Shown piece by piece: positions 1 through 11,694 of a DNA stretch of 64,000 nucleotides. Source of the stretch: Octopus sinensis (Eukaryota); NCBI RefSeq assembly GCF_006345805.1, contig NC_043013.1:48546001-48610000 (forward strand). Reading direction: 5' to 3'. Every line of letters begins with the position of its first letter. The first letter of the stretch is position 1. The translations under genes were made by a program, and so were the position numbers. The notes below the pieces were generated by a model. It saw only the letters and a program-made list of their open reading frames with translations. It searched no databases and was not told the origin of the DNA.

Positions 1-99
1 AGAAAGACTGCATGATGCAATAACCGGCTGATAGTAGGTCACTATGTTAGAATGCGGAACAGAACATAATCTCACTATGTTCAAACGAGGATTACATAC

Positions 100-498
100 C
101 TTTCAATTTACATGTGGGCCAGCTAAAGTTAAGGTCGTCTTCATGACTAATTAATGGCCAGTCGTTTGAAGTTCATTAATGAAGTTCATTAATTGTGACA
201 ACAACAGACAGATCTGTTTTCCAGTTGATTGTCACAGCGGGTTGTTTCAATATTCAGGACTTCATGAGAAAGGCGCGATCCAGAGAGGAGTGGACAGTGT
301 GCTGTGACCAGCGGTGTCAAATGGACGCCTGACGGACTGGTTGGTCAAGGTCAAGGTTTCAATATATCCAGTTTCTTGCGGTGATAAACTTGGAAATTGC
401 GAACTTAGTGAGTTAGGATGATGATGTTGGGGAAGTCAACCTCTTTGATTTCAGACTTTCCAGATGAAACAGGAGAGGGAGTTGGAGTTTCCCTTTCC
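100..498 (-). other. Possible non-coding (5' UTR-like) exon of a leftward gene
   Basis: Non-repetitive, CpG-containing block; on the minus strand an acceptor GAATTCAG|GG at 499/498 and a donor GAAAG|GTATGT at 100/99; all three frames contain stops. Confidence 0.25.
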
Positions 499-613
499 CT
501 GAATTCGAAAGGCATGTATTATTTTCCTTTGAAATTATTGGATATTATGCATATTGATAGTTACTTACTTTATTTGAAAAGAAGTATATAAATTAAACAT
601 TTGTTAACATATA

Positions 614-783
614 GGCGCAGGAGTGGCTGTGTGGTAAGTAGCTTCCTTACCAACCACATGGTTCCGGGTTCATTCCCACTGAATGGCATCTTGAGCAAGT
701 GTCTTCTACTACAGCCTTGGGCTGACCAAAGCCTTGTGTGTGGATTTGGTAGACGGAAACTGAAAGAAACCCATCGTATATAT
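614..783 (+). mobile_element. SINE-A (tRNA head plus CORE-like CTTGGGCAAGT), 5' half
   Basis: GGCGCAGGAGTGGCTGTGTGGTAAG head with A/B-box-like motifs. Confidence 0.85.
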
Positions 784-1325
784 GTAACCCGGAACCATGT
801 GGTTCATAAGCAAGCTACTTACCACACAGCCACTCCTAAACCTATAATAACTTATATTTGTACAACAAAGATGGCTTATTTTACAAAAAGAAATCAACAA
901 CCCAAAGGCTTAAAGCAGGTACCATTTTAAGAAGCAGTCTCTCTGACAGTTACACCAAAAAGGATCACAGACAACAATTCTAAATACTCAGTTAGTGATA
1001 AGGAATAAGAAAGCCAACTGATATGTTCCAGACACAGATGGTTTCCCTACATCAGCTAAGTCAAACAGAACTAAATTTGGTGTGCAATTTGGAATTTAAA
1101 AAAAAGGTGAAGTTGCTTAGTTCTAGACTTCAAGACTGGATTCTTCTTCAGCAAAACTGTTATTTCTTTTTTCTATTTCTGCTGTTGTTATATGAAATCA
1201 TTATTTAATTTACAAGTTAAACAAGTTTGTTTCTACAGTGTTACCAATGGTCTGATGCAAGAGAGTGGCTGTGACTATAATCTCAAAGCATGGAAGCTTT
1301 TCATTAACATATAGGTTAACATATA

Positions 1326-1525
1326 GGCGCAGGAGTGGCTGTGTGGTAAGTAGCTTGCTTACCAACCACAAGGTTCCGGGTTCAGTCCCACTGCGTGGCA
1401 TCTTGGGCAAGTGTCTTCTGTTATAGCCCCGGGCCAACCAATGCCTTGTGAGTGGATTTGGTCGACTAAAGGCGGTGCTCCAGCATGGCCGCAGTCAAAT
1501 GACTGAAACAAGTAAAAGAGTAAAA
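1326..1525 (+). mobile_element. SINE-A, internally deleted
   Basis: Head joined directly to the tail GACTAAAGGCGG...(TAAAAGAG)n. Confidence 0.85.
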
Positions 1526-2078
1526 CAGTATATGTACAGAGAATCACAAAGTTGTCTAACTGAACAAGCCACTAACCTTAATGTGACATATGAATCTATG
1601 GAACTACTGCTAAATCTTATGAAATACAATGGCCACACATGGATTAATTGTGACCACCTTAAAGTTATATCATAGCTTCTTGGTTTACAATTGGGCTACT
1701 CAAAACATATACACTTTTTTAATATCTATAGAATATGATTGGTAATCTAAAAGAAGAGATGTTGTTGGTAAATATAATGATCCACAATCAACACTGGTTG
1801 AACTTCAGAAAATATATCTCCCACCATTTCACACTAAATTTGATCTTGTGACAAATTCTGTGAATGTTATGGCTTATTCAAGAAGTAGTTTTCAGTGTTT
1901 AAGAGACACATTCACTGGAATGCTGGCAGATGCTAAATTAACATCTGGTGTCTTTGCTAAAAAGACAGATCCATAGTATTATCTGTAATTCAGATACAAT
2001 GAAACAGGACGAAGAGAATGATGAAGTTGTTAATATTTTTTGGGAAATCCAAGGGATGTATACTATGAACTGATACAC

Positions 2079-2460
2079 AGTGGCTGTGTGGTAAGTAGCT
2101 TGCTTACCAACCACATGATTCCAGGTTCAGTCTCACTGCATGGCACCTTGGGCAAGTGTCTTCGACTATAGCCTCGGGCCGACCAAAGCCTTGTGAGTCG
2201 ATTTGGTAGATGGAAACTGAAAGAAGCCCGTTGTATATATGTATATATATATATATGTGTGTGTATATGTTTGTGTGTCTGTGTTTGTGCCCCCCACCAT
2301 CGCTTGACAACTGATGCTGGTGTGTTTACGTCCCCGTAACTTAGTGGTTCGATAGAATAAGTACTGGGCTTCCAAAGAATAAGTCCTGGGGTCGATTTGC
2401 TAGACTAAAGGTGGTGCTCCAGCATGGCCACAGTCAAATGAGTGAAACAAGTAAAAGAGT
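2079..2460 (+). mobile_element. SINE-A
   Basis: Near full-length family match. Confidence 0.85.
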
Positions 2461-2786
2461 AACAAACTGAAATGTTCTGAAAGAATGTGATACGGGATGT
2501 CTCTTAAAACCCATTTTTTACATTCTCACCTTGTCTTCTTCCCGGCCACCCCTAAGCTACAAGACATGAGCATCTTTTAGCTTTTATCTGTTTCAGTCAT
2601 TAAACTGTAGCCATGCTGGGGCACTGCCTTGAATCAATCCCAGTACTCATGTTTTTTTTTAAGCCTGGTACTTATTGTATTGGTTTCTTTTTTTGCCAAA
2701 TTACTAAGTTACAAGGATGTAAACAAACCAACGTCACTTGCCAAGTGGTGATGGGGAACAATCACTAACACAAAGACACACACGTA

Positions 2787-3170
2787 CGATGGGGTGTTGA
2801 AAAGTTCCTGGTTTTAAGGGTATCACAAAAGGTCTGGTTGGAGGCCCAACATTTTGAGTTCTTGTACAGGGCTTAGAAAAACTGAAGGACTACTGCAATA
2901 AGTGTGTGAATCTGAGAGAGGAATCATCATCATCATCATCATCATCATCGTTTAACGTCTGTTCTCCATGCTAGCATGGGTTGGACGGTTCGACCGGGGA
3001 TCTGGGAAGCCAGAAGGCTGCACCAGGCTCCGGTCTTATCTGGCAATGTTTCTACAGCTGGATGCCCTTCCTAACGCCAACCACTCCGCGAGTTTTGATT
3101 AAAACCATAATTAACTGATCCTCCCGTATTTTCTTTTACCCAAAGCCAAGAACTTTTCAGCACCACCTTG
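2787..3170 (+). mobile_element. mariner-derived MITE with a family-C insertion
   Basis: TIR CGATGGGGTGTTGAAAAGTTCCTGG / AAAGCCAAGAACTTTTCAGCACCACCTTG, TA-flanked on the left. Confidence 0.7.
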
Positions 3171-3459
3171 TGTGTGTATGTGTGTCTATATATGATAGGC
3201 TTCTGTTAGTTTCTGTCTACCAAATCCATTCACAGGGCTTTGGTCAGCTTGAGGCTATAGTAGAAGACACTTGCCCAAGGTGCCACACAGTGGGACTGAA
3301 CCTGGAACCGTGTGGTTAAGAAGTAAGCTTCATACCACACAGCCACGCCTGTACCTAATGAGCCTTTCCAGTATATTTCCAAAAGCATATACTAACAGAA
3401 CTTTAATTAACATATGATAGGTATTTTATTGTTGGTTTCTGCTGAAAGGGAGCATTTCA

Positions 3460-3700
3460 TTCAATAAATGAGAAGAGAGACACCACAGGGTCATATCATC
3501 AGAAGCAGGCCTTCATTATACTTTCCAAATGGGTTCTCAAGAATGACCAAATGAAACTATGGATGTTATCCAACTATTTTGTTCTTGGTCTACCCTCAAG
3601 GTCTCCTGCTGGGCGGTTCAGCTTGAAGGGTCTGTTTCATGTCTGTTTTTTATTATGGCACTCTTAACAAAAATAATGATGGAATTTCTCTCAATCTCTG
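3460..3700 (-). mobile_element. Old RTE 3' coding fragment
   Basis: GRPRTK*LDNI remnant. Confidence 0.4.
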
Positions 3701-4171
3701 ACGAGCAACTCTTCGCAAGCAGAGTTTTAGTGTCCAAAGAAGGAAAAGGTACGCATAAATGGGCTGGTTATGCCCCTGGCATAGGCCACGAGATTATGGT
3801 CTCATTTGGCTTGCCGGGTCTTCTCACGCACGGCATATTTCCAAAAGGCTCGGTCACTACATTAGAATTCAAATTATCAATGTGTGGCACAAGCATGTTC
3901 TTTACAGTATTATCTATTTGGTGCTATGCAATTTCATTTTGGAAACATATATCTTAAAATATATCTTAAACTGGATAGTTTAAGATATCCAATTTAATGC
4001 TAACTTCTTTTTTCCTTAATTTTTTTTTCAAAATGTCTACAATTCTATTTGCTGTACATTTTTTGAAATATGTTTTTGCTATTGCTATAAATGTACATTT
4101 TAAGCATTCTCTATTATGTCAACTGATATAATTGAATTCGTCTAATGAAAGATTAATTTTCCATTTCCTAC

Positions 4172-4862
4172 ATCATCATATCATCATCGTTTAACGTCTG
4201 CTTTCCATGCTAGCATGGGTTGGACGAATGACCGAGGGCTGGCAAACCAAATGGATGCACCAGGCTTCAATCTTGATCTGGCAGAGTTTCTACAGCTGGA
4301 TGCCCTTCCTAACGCCAACCACTCCGAGAGTGTAGTGGATGCTTTTACGTGCCACCGGCATGGGGCCAGTCAGTCGGTACTGGCAACAACCTTGTTCGAA
4401 TCTTTTACACATGCCAGTAAGGTGATGCTGGTAATGATCACACTCGAATGGTGTCTTTTACGTGCCACTGGCACGGAGGCCAGATAGCCACTCTGGCAAC
4501 AATCACGCTTGGATGGTGCTCTTAATACCCTACTAGCACGGGGCTCGAGTGCCAGTAAGGTGACACTGGTAACGATCACGCTCGAATGGTGCCTTTTAAG
4601 TGCTACTGGCACTGAAGTCGGTTAGCTGTTCTGTCAATGATCACATTTGTATGGTGCTTTTTGCACCCTGTTTGCACGGACACCAGTCATCGAATTTGAT
4701 TTTGATTTCACTTGCCTCAACAGGTCTTCACAAGCAGAGTTTTAGTGTCCAAAGAAGGAAAAGGTACGCATAAGTGGGCTGGTTACACCCCTTGGCATAG
4801 GCCACGAGATTATGGTCTCATTTGGCTTGCCGGGTCTTCTCACGCACGGCATATTTCCAAAA
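4172..4862 (-). mobile_element. Family C (RTE-type 3' tail element), long copy
   Basis: Ends in GGACGTTAAACGATGATG; internal 60-65-bp subrepeats. Confidence 0.8.
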
Positions 4863-5603
4863 GTCTCGGTCACTAGTCATTCCTACATTAGAATTCAAAT
4901 TATCAAAGTGTGGAACAAGCATGTTCTTTACAGTATTATCTATTTGGTGCTATGCAATTTCATTTTGGAAACAGTTTTGCAGTTCTGTATTTTGTAAAAA
5001 TCTACTAAATATATCACTAAGTTATCTTTGAATTTTCACTAAATATTTTAATTAAAAAATTGATAATATGAATTGCTTTAAATACAACGACTATATTATG
5101 TTTTTTTTTTTGTTTACAAATGGCTTGCTGAGAGATTGGATATCTTACTATAATGTCACATCTAAAAACCTGCAGCATACTTTTGATAAATCAGCAGTGA
5201 CTTAACACAATTGCTTAAGGTTGATAATTTTTGGTGTTTATTAATCGAAATTCTTTGCTTTGTTGGAGTCCAAGTCAATATTTCCCACACTTAATATCCA
5301 ATGTGATAATTTTTAATTTAAAAAAGAAAAATTCTAAAGTGGGGCGAAATGAGTAATTACTAATTTCAATAATCTCACTTCTTTAATGGCATGGTGCATA
5401 AATATGTTAGGGAGACCGTGAAGAAGCTACAAAGGATTTTTATGTTTTTAGATTTAGTTGAGTTTCATTAATTTCATATCATGTGCCCTTTTCCTCTGAT
5501 CCTCTTTCAAATGTTCAAGATATTTAAAACTTTTGCTGCGTTTCTCATCATTCTAATGTATGAAAATGGATATCGATGTGTATGAGTCTGATTTCAAATG
5601 CAA

Positions 5604-6293
5604 GGATCTTTTTGGTTCCAATGGCAGTTTTTTAACATAATTTCTAGGTAACTAAAAAATTTTAAACTTTGTATACTGGTAGAATGTGTTTATAAAACAT
5701 CTTTTCTCTTGGCTTTATTGAGAAAATTCTATGGTTTGTAAGATATTTGTTGATTTTTTCTTCAATTTCTGCAATTTCAACCAATCAATGACGTCTATTG
5801 AGGTGAAAACATTCTGTGCCGTATGAACATGTCCCTCGTTTAAGAATCAGATTGGGTTTATTTACATTTCTGGAGAAAAAAGATACCCTTCCCCCCACCC
5901 CTAACCCTAAAACAGATTGAAATGCAATAGATTGATACTAGGGTTATAATCATGGGTGACAATTTCATATGACACCGCTAGAAAAAACTGCCGTTCAAAC
6001 CGAAAAGATCCGGGTTAGGGGTGGGGAGAAGGGTGTCTTTTTTTCTTCACAAATGTAAATAAACCCAATCTGTTTCTTTTTTTTTTACCTCAATAGACGT
6101 CATTGATTGGTTGAAATTGCAGAAATTGAAGAAAACACAAACAACAAATCTCTTACAAACTATAGACTTTTCTCAATAAAGCCAAGAGAAAAAAGATGTT
6201 TTATAAACACATTCTACCAGTATACGAAGTTTAAAAGTGTTTAGTTACGTGGAAATTATTTAAAAAAAACTGCCGTTCAAACCGAAAAGATCC
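5604..6293. mobile_element. Merlin-like MITE (5604-6011) fused to an inverted partial copy (6012-6293)
   Basis: TIR GGATCTTTTCGGTTTGAACGGCAG-type at 5604, 6011 and 6293; internal CCCTAA repeats. Confidence 0.75.
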
Positions 6294-6359
6294 TACATTA
6301 TATTTAAAAATTCATTTTCTTACTAAATTGTTTAAGAAAAAGAAAAAAAAAAAGCCGCC

Positions 6360-6472
6360 TTGTCTCACACCATTAAACTCGCGCAACGCAAGCGAAGCGG
6401 GTTGTGCTGCGCATGCGCTCTGATTGCGCCTGTCTTTTGTGAGAGACCGAATCCTTCCAGCGGAGCCGCTTC
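6360..6472 (+). promoter_or_regulatory. CpG-rich TATA-less promoter with NRF1/EWG-type site
   Basis: TGCGCATGCGC at 6408-6418 in a CpG-dense island directly upstream of a GTAAGT-terminated exon. Confidence 0.65.
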
Positions 6473-6489
6473 ATGTCTCCAGTTGCTCG
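6473..6489 (+). CDS. Exon 1 (coding part, MSPVA+CG) of a 3-exon 90-aa candidate mitochondrial single-pass microprotein
   Basis: ATG at 6473 just downstream of an NRF1-type motif; donor CTCG|GTAAGT at 6489/6490; phase 2 joins exon 2 in frame. Confidence 0.6.
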
Positions 6490-7775
6490 GTAAGTTTGTT
6501 GTGGATCTTGTTTTTAGCTTTTTACCTGCGATTTTCTATTAACGTGTTATTAGCTATTGTGTACAGAGAATGCGTGTCGCATGAAATATTCATCGATTGC
6601 CATTTATTTTAAAATTCCGTCTCTCAAGAATTATCGTTGTCAACGGTTTTTATTTCCTGCTGCCAAGATTTTCGCCCGTTTTTTTTCTCTCACTTTTTGC
6701 TCTGCTGACCTTCACCTTGCCCCCGATCGTTCCGGGCACCTCTACGGCAATCAACACACATGTTATAAACTATTCAAGCTGTTGTCCATTGATTAGTGTA
6801 TTGTAAGTCAATTTTTCAGATTGTTTCCTATCTTGAATGTATTGTATCATTTCTGATGATGTCTTTTTCTTCCCCAAATTAAATCTAAAACGGAGCTGAG
6901 GTTGTTGTTTTAAGTACAGATCATGTTTTCATGTTTCTTTATAGTACATGTCCAATCAAAACTTTCTCAGCTGTGACTGTTTTGTTCCTCTTCTTAAACA
7001 ATGTATCTAATACCTATTTCTTTATTGCCCACAAAGGGGACAAACAAGGACAGGCAAAGGGATTTAGTCGATTACATCGACCCCAGTGCGTAACTGGTAC
7101 TTATTTAATCGACCCCGAAAGAATGTAAGACAAAGTCGACCTCGGCATCTAATACCACATTATATCTCTTTCCATTTTCTTAAGACAGTAGAAGCAATTC
7201 GAAATAGATTTCTGATCAAGTAACCCAACAGAAAGGGTCTTTTCGGTCTCTTGTTGGTTCCTTAGTCGACGGGGGTCGGAGTTCGATGCTTTAATATTTT
7301 TCAATTCAAACTTCGATATTACATTTTATTCCTTTTGGGCCAATAAGATTATTCTTCGTTTTTACACCGCATTATCTTCTTTTTTGTTGTTAAATCGGCG
7401 CTTATGACGAAATAGGCTTTTCGAATTATTTACCTCTATAATGGATATTTAGAAGAATCGAAGATTTTGGTCTTGAGGAAGAAGGAAACATACCCTTGCT
7501 GGTATATTTACCTTATACCTGTTGACTAACTTACTGCTTGTTCTTCTGGGTTTTGTATGTATGCATGCATGTCTCTGTATGTAAATATACATGTGGATAT
7601 ATAACTTTCGTTATTTTTCCCTCTATACCGACCTGTAATGTTTTCGAGTATACATTGTCAGGGAGACTCTGCTTAAAGTAGAAGAAATAGCCAAATTCTT
7701 TGGCTGCTATTTCTAAAAGTTCGGTGTGTGGTAAAGCAATTTTTTTGCTGAACCTTATTATATATATATATATAT

Positions 7776-7935
7776 ATGAAAGAAAAAAAGGTGTTCAGAA
7801 TGCTGGATGGTTGTAAAAATACATATTTATTTACAAATCACGTAAATAAATATATATTTTTACAACCATCCAGCATTCTGAACACCTTTTTTTCTTTCAT
7901 ATGTATTAAATCTGTACATCACCCCCAATACTTCT

Positions 7936-7940
<5 letters not shown>
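7776..7940 (+). mobile_element. Short PLE 3' end with inverted partial copy (59-bp arms)
   Basis: Arms 7776-7834 and 7842-7900, then an unpaired tail of about 38 nt similar to the end of the large PLE; (TA)n on both sides. Confidence 0.6.
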
Positions 7941-7982
<42 letters not shown>

Positions 7983-7988
<6 letters not shown>

Positions 7989-8172
7989 GGGAAACCACTA
8001 TGTGGACACCCATGTGCTAGAAATAGATCCGCTACGGTCTCACCACCAAGAAATGTTCTCAAGAAAAATTTAGCAAAACAACCAAATTTTTCTTGAGAAC
8101 ATTTCTTGGTGGTGAGACCGTAGCGGATCTATTTCTAGCATATGGGTGTCCACATAGTGGTTTCCCTCTAAT
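7983..8172. repeat. 89-bp inverted repeat, 12-nt spacer, in (TA)n (probable inverted retroelement end)
   Basis: 7983-8071 vs 8084-8172, one mismatch. Confidence 0.8.
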
Positions 8173-9145
8173 ATATATATATTATACAGTTTTTACTGAA
8201 CCTTCAGTTTTTTTTCTTATGCTAGACCACTGGTGTGAAATCGATGTTAATTAAATTAATATCTAATTAATCATCCTTATTTTGAATTTATATATATTTA
8301 TATATATCCACATGCGTCGTTTTGTTTGAATTTACCTGTAATTATTGCCAGCTTTGGTAAAAGGGTAGAGGACTTGTTGAAACCATCGATCCCAGTTCTT
8401 GACTGGCACTTTATTCTATCGAACTGTGAGAAGGGTTTGAACATTAGCCGGGACGAAAAGAGCCGGATACATATGTATTAGCGGTTAATTCAATCAACAA
8501 CATTGTCTTTCATTTTAAAAAAAGAGAACTTTGTATCCCACAAAAATATATTCGTAGGCTATATTTCAAAATTGTGTCTGTTTTCCAATGTTTTCAGTTT
8601 ATTTCCAGTAAGTTATTAATTATATTAAGGTCACAGTCTGTAATTAGCGGTCGATTTATTTAAATTAAGTTATATAATTAAATTTGTTGTCTGCTTTTTC
8701 ATGTCATATTGGAAAAACAATTCGGCTGTGGTTTTGAAATTCAAACTTATCAGGCAGAAAGTCAATAAACAGAACATTTCCCAACTCAGATCGCATTTGT
8801 ATAATTTTAAAACGCAATTGGGACTCTGTCAGTTTTTTTGGAAAGTAGCAAATTAACGAAGACGTTGTTGTCTCCCTTTGATCGCGAAAGTAAAACGAAA
8901 TTAAGATTTATTTTTTCAGTGGCTTTGTTACAGGAAGGGTATGGTACCCTTAACTTTTTTAGGGCTCCAAGACAGATTGGGAGAATTATGGTCGAAACTT
9001 GGGTCCTAAACGCGAAACGAATTCGGTTCCGGCGTTTAGGTAGAATTTTGAACCAGATAGTGGATTAAGCCTACAATCTATGCCTTCTTTATTCACTAAC
9101 TCCAACTCCAGTAAAATCTAATCTGCTAATCTAAGTAAGATATTA

Positions 9146-9552
9146 GGATCTTTTCGGTTTGAACGGCAGTTTTTAACATAATTTCTAGGTAACTGAAAAA
9201 TTTTAAACTTCGTATACTGGTAGAATGTGTTTATAAAACATCTTTTTCTCTTGGCTTTATTGAGAAAATTCTATAGTTTGTAAGATATTTGTTGTTTTTT
9301 TTCTTCTTCAATTTCTGCAATTTCAACCAATTAGTGACGTCTATTGAGGTAAAAAAACATTTTGTGCCGTATGAATATGTCCCTCGTTTAAGAAACAGAT
9401 TGGGTTTATTTACATTTGTGAAGAAAAAAGATACCCCACCCCTAACCCTAAAACAGATTGAAATGCAATAGATCGATACTAGGGTCATAATTATGGGTGA
9501 CAATTTCATACAACACTGCTAGAAAAAACTGTCATTCAAACTGAAAAGATCC
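9146..9552 (+). mobile_element. Non-autonomous DNA transposon (Merlin-like MITE)
   Basis: About 29-bp TIRs with GG..CC termini; perfect 8-bp TSD AGATATTA (9138-9145 and 9553-9560). Superfamily inferred from GG ends plus 8-bp TSD. Confidence 0.85.
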
Positions 9553-9798
9553 AGATATTATCCTACTGGGGAATTCATTACATTGAAATTATACAATATT
9601 ATCATATTGCTGCAACTTAAAGTAGGTTTTATCACTTGAATTGTTGCCGAAACAATTATGACTAATCTACAAAATTAGATTTGGATTTAAATTAGAAGGA
9701 TATTTTCCTTGTTAATCTTAAAAGATAAGTGGAATTATCAGTTATCTGGCCATAGTTGAAGGATGAAATATGCTTTTCTCTATATATATGATAAACAC

Positions 9799-9932
9799 AA
9801 CCAAATTGGATCAAAATCAGTTATTATTGTGAAATGAGCTTGTTAACCATTCTGTCATCATCATCGATGATGATGACAGAATGGTTAACAAGCTCATTTC
9901 ACAATAATAACTGATTTTGATCCAATTTGGTT
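9799..9932. repeat. Perfect 134-bp spacerless palindrome
   Basis: 67-bp arms centred on CATCATC|GATGATG at 9865/9866. Confidence 0.9.
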
Positions 9933-10275
9933 ACTGATTTTTTAACATTGCCCCTGGTTGATCCAAGCTTTGTGGGTGAAAAAGTGAGTGGATGGAAGTT
10001 ATGGTTGTGTATCAGATGGATTCAAAGCCTTGATTCTCTGGCATGCCTGTTTCTAAGGGAGTGCACTGGACGGCACTGCGCTCTCACTATTAAATGGTGC
10101 ACCCTCAGATTTACAGTGATACACTTTACCATTATTACAAATCAGTACCCACCCAGAATATTCTGAAGCAGCCCCAGGCACCAAAGTCCGGCAATAGGCC
10201 TGCTCTCTGGGATGCTCCAGCATCCTGCCTCCACTATTGTTGTCTTTCCTTATATAATGCAGAATAGTTTTGTGT

Positions 10276-10513
10276 ATACCTATTTCTTTACTACCCACAA
10301 GGGGCTAAACACAGAGGGGACAAACAAGGACAGACAAACGGATTAAGTTGATTACATCGACCCCAGTGCATAACTGGTACTTAATTTATCGACCCCGAAA
10401 GGATGAAAGGCAAAGTCGACCTCGGCGGAATTTGAACTCAGAACGTAACGGCAGACGAAATACGGCTATGCATTTCGCCCAACGTGCTAACGTTTCTGCC
10501 AGCTCACCGCCTT
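10276..10513 (-). mobile_element. SINE-B (tRNA-like head, GACTTTGCCTTTCATCCTTTCGGGGTCGAT core)
   Basis: B-box-like GAGTTCAAATTCC; conserved central domain. Confidence 0.9.
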
Positions 10514-11144
10514 ATATATATATATCATCATCATCGTTTAACATCCGCTTTCCATGCTAGCATGGGTTGGACGATTTGACTGAGGACTGGCGAACCAGAA
10601 GGCTGCACCAGGCTCTAATCTTGATCTGGCAGAGTTTCTACAGCTGGATGACCTTCCTAACGCCAACCACTCCGGGCTTCTTTCAGTTTCCATTTACCAA
10701 ATCCACTCAATGTTTTGATTTACCAGGGGCTGTAATAGATGACACTTGCCCAAAGACATTTGGGCTTGTTCTTCCATTCCCCTCTAGCTTCTCAACACTT
10801 GATATAGAACCACCATCTCTTCTTTTAACCCCCCCCCCCAGTACCATTTAGCCGAGGAGGTTTTTTTTTTGTTTTTGCTTTCTTTTACTTTTCCCTAACT
10901 TTTTCCTTCTTGATGTTCTTTTCTTGTCTTGCCTTGCAAATTATTTGCCTGCTAGTGCACAAAAAAAAGGACCCAGTACATTCTGTAAAGGGGTTCACAT
11001 TAGGAAGGGAATCCTGACATTGGAATTTGATGTTGCCTTACCTGATCCTGTTGAACCATCTCCAACTTGAGTCAACATGGAAAATGGCTGTTAAATGATG
11101 ATGATGTATCTGTGGAATGCTCAACTACTTTTACACTAATTTGT

Positions 11145-11481
11145 TTCAGCCATTAAACTGTAGCCATACTGGGGCACCACCCTGAAGAACTAATTTTCCC
11201 CTGTACTTATATTCTTTTTTCAAGCCTGGTAGTTATTCTGTTGTTCTCTTTTGCTAAGTTACACACCACTGGTTGCCAAGTGGTGGCAGGGGTCAAACAC
11301 ATACACAGACACACATGGATATATACATATAAATATTGATTTATTTCTTTTAGTTTCCATCTACCAAATCCACTCACAAGGCTTTTCTCACCCTGAGGCT
11401 ATAGTAAAAGACACTTGCCCAAGGTGCCACGCAGTGGGACTGAACTCAGAATCATGTGGTTGGGAAGCAAACTTCTTAGCA
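11145..11481 (-). mobile_element. SINE-A (CpG-decayed)
   Basis: Family match. Confidence 0.8.
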
Positions 11482-11582
11482 CACAGCCATGCCTGCACCT
11501 ATGTTCACTATTGCTCTAAATTTATTCCTCTTGTTGAAATAAATTGTTAATATTTTTTACTTTGTTTTACTGTTTCTTTTAG

Positions 11583-11694
11583 CAGTTTATCTTCAATGGC
11601 TTCTGTGTTGGGATCCACCATTATGAGGAAAAATGGCCCCATAATTTGTCGATCTTTCTCACGAACAGCTCTGCCATTATTGAAAATATCACAG
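11583..11694 (+). CDS. Exon 2 of the microprotein gene (..SLSSMASVLGSTIMRKNGPIICRSFSRTALPLLKISQ)
   Basis: Pyrimidine tract plus TTTTAG|CAG acceptor; in-frame ATG at 11596; donor CAG|GTAATT at 11694/11695; encodes an R/K/S-rich segment with no acidic residues. Confidence 0.75.
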
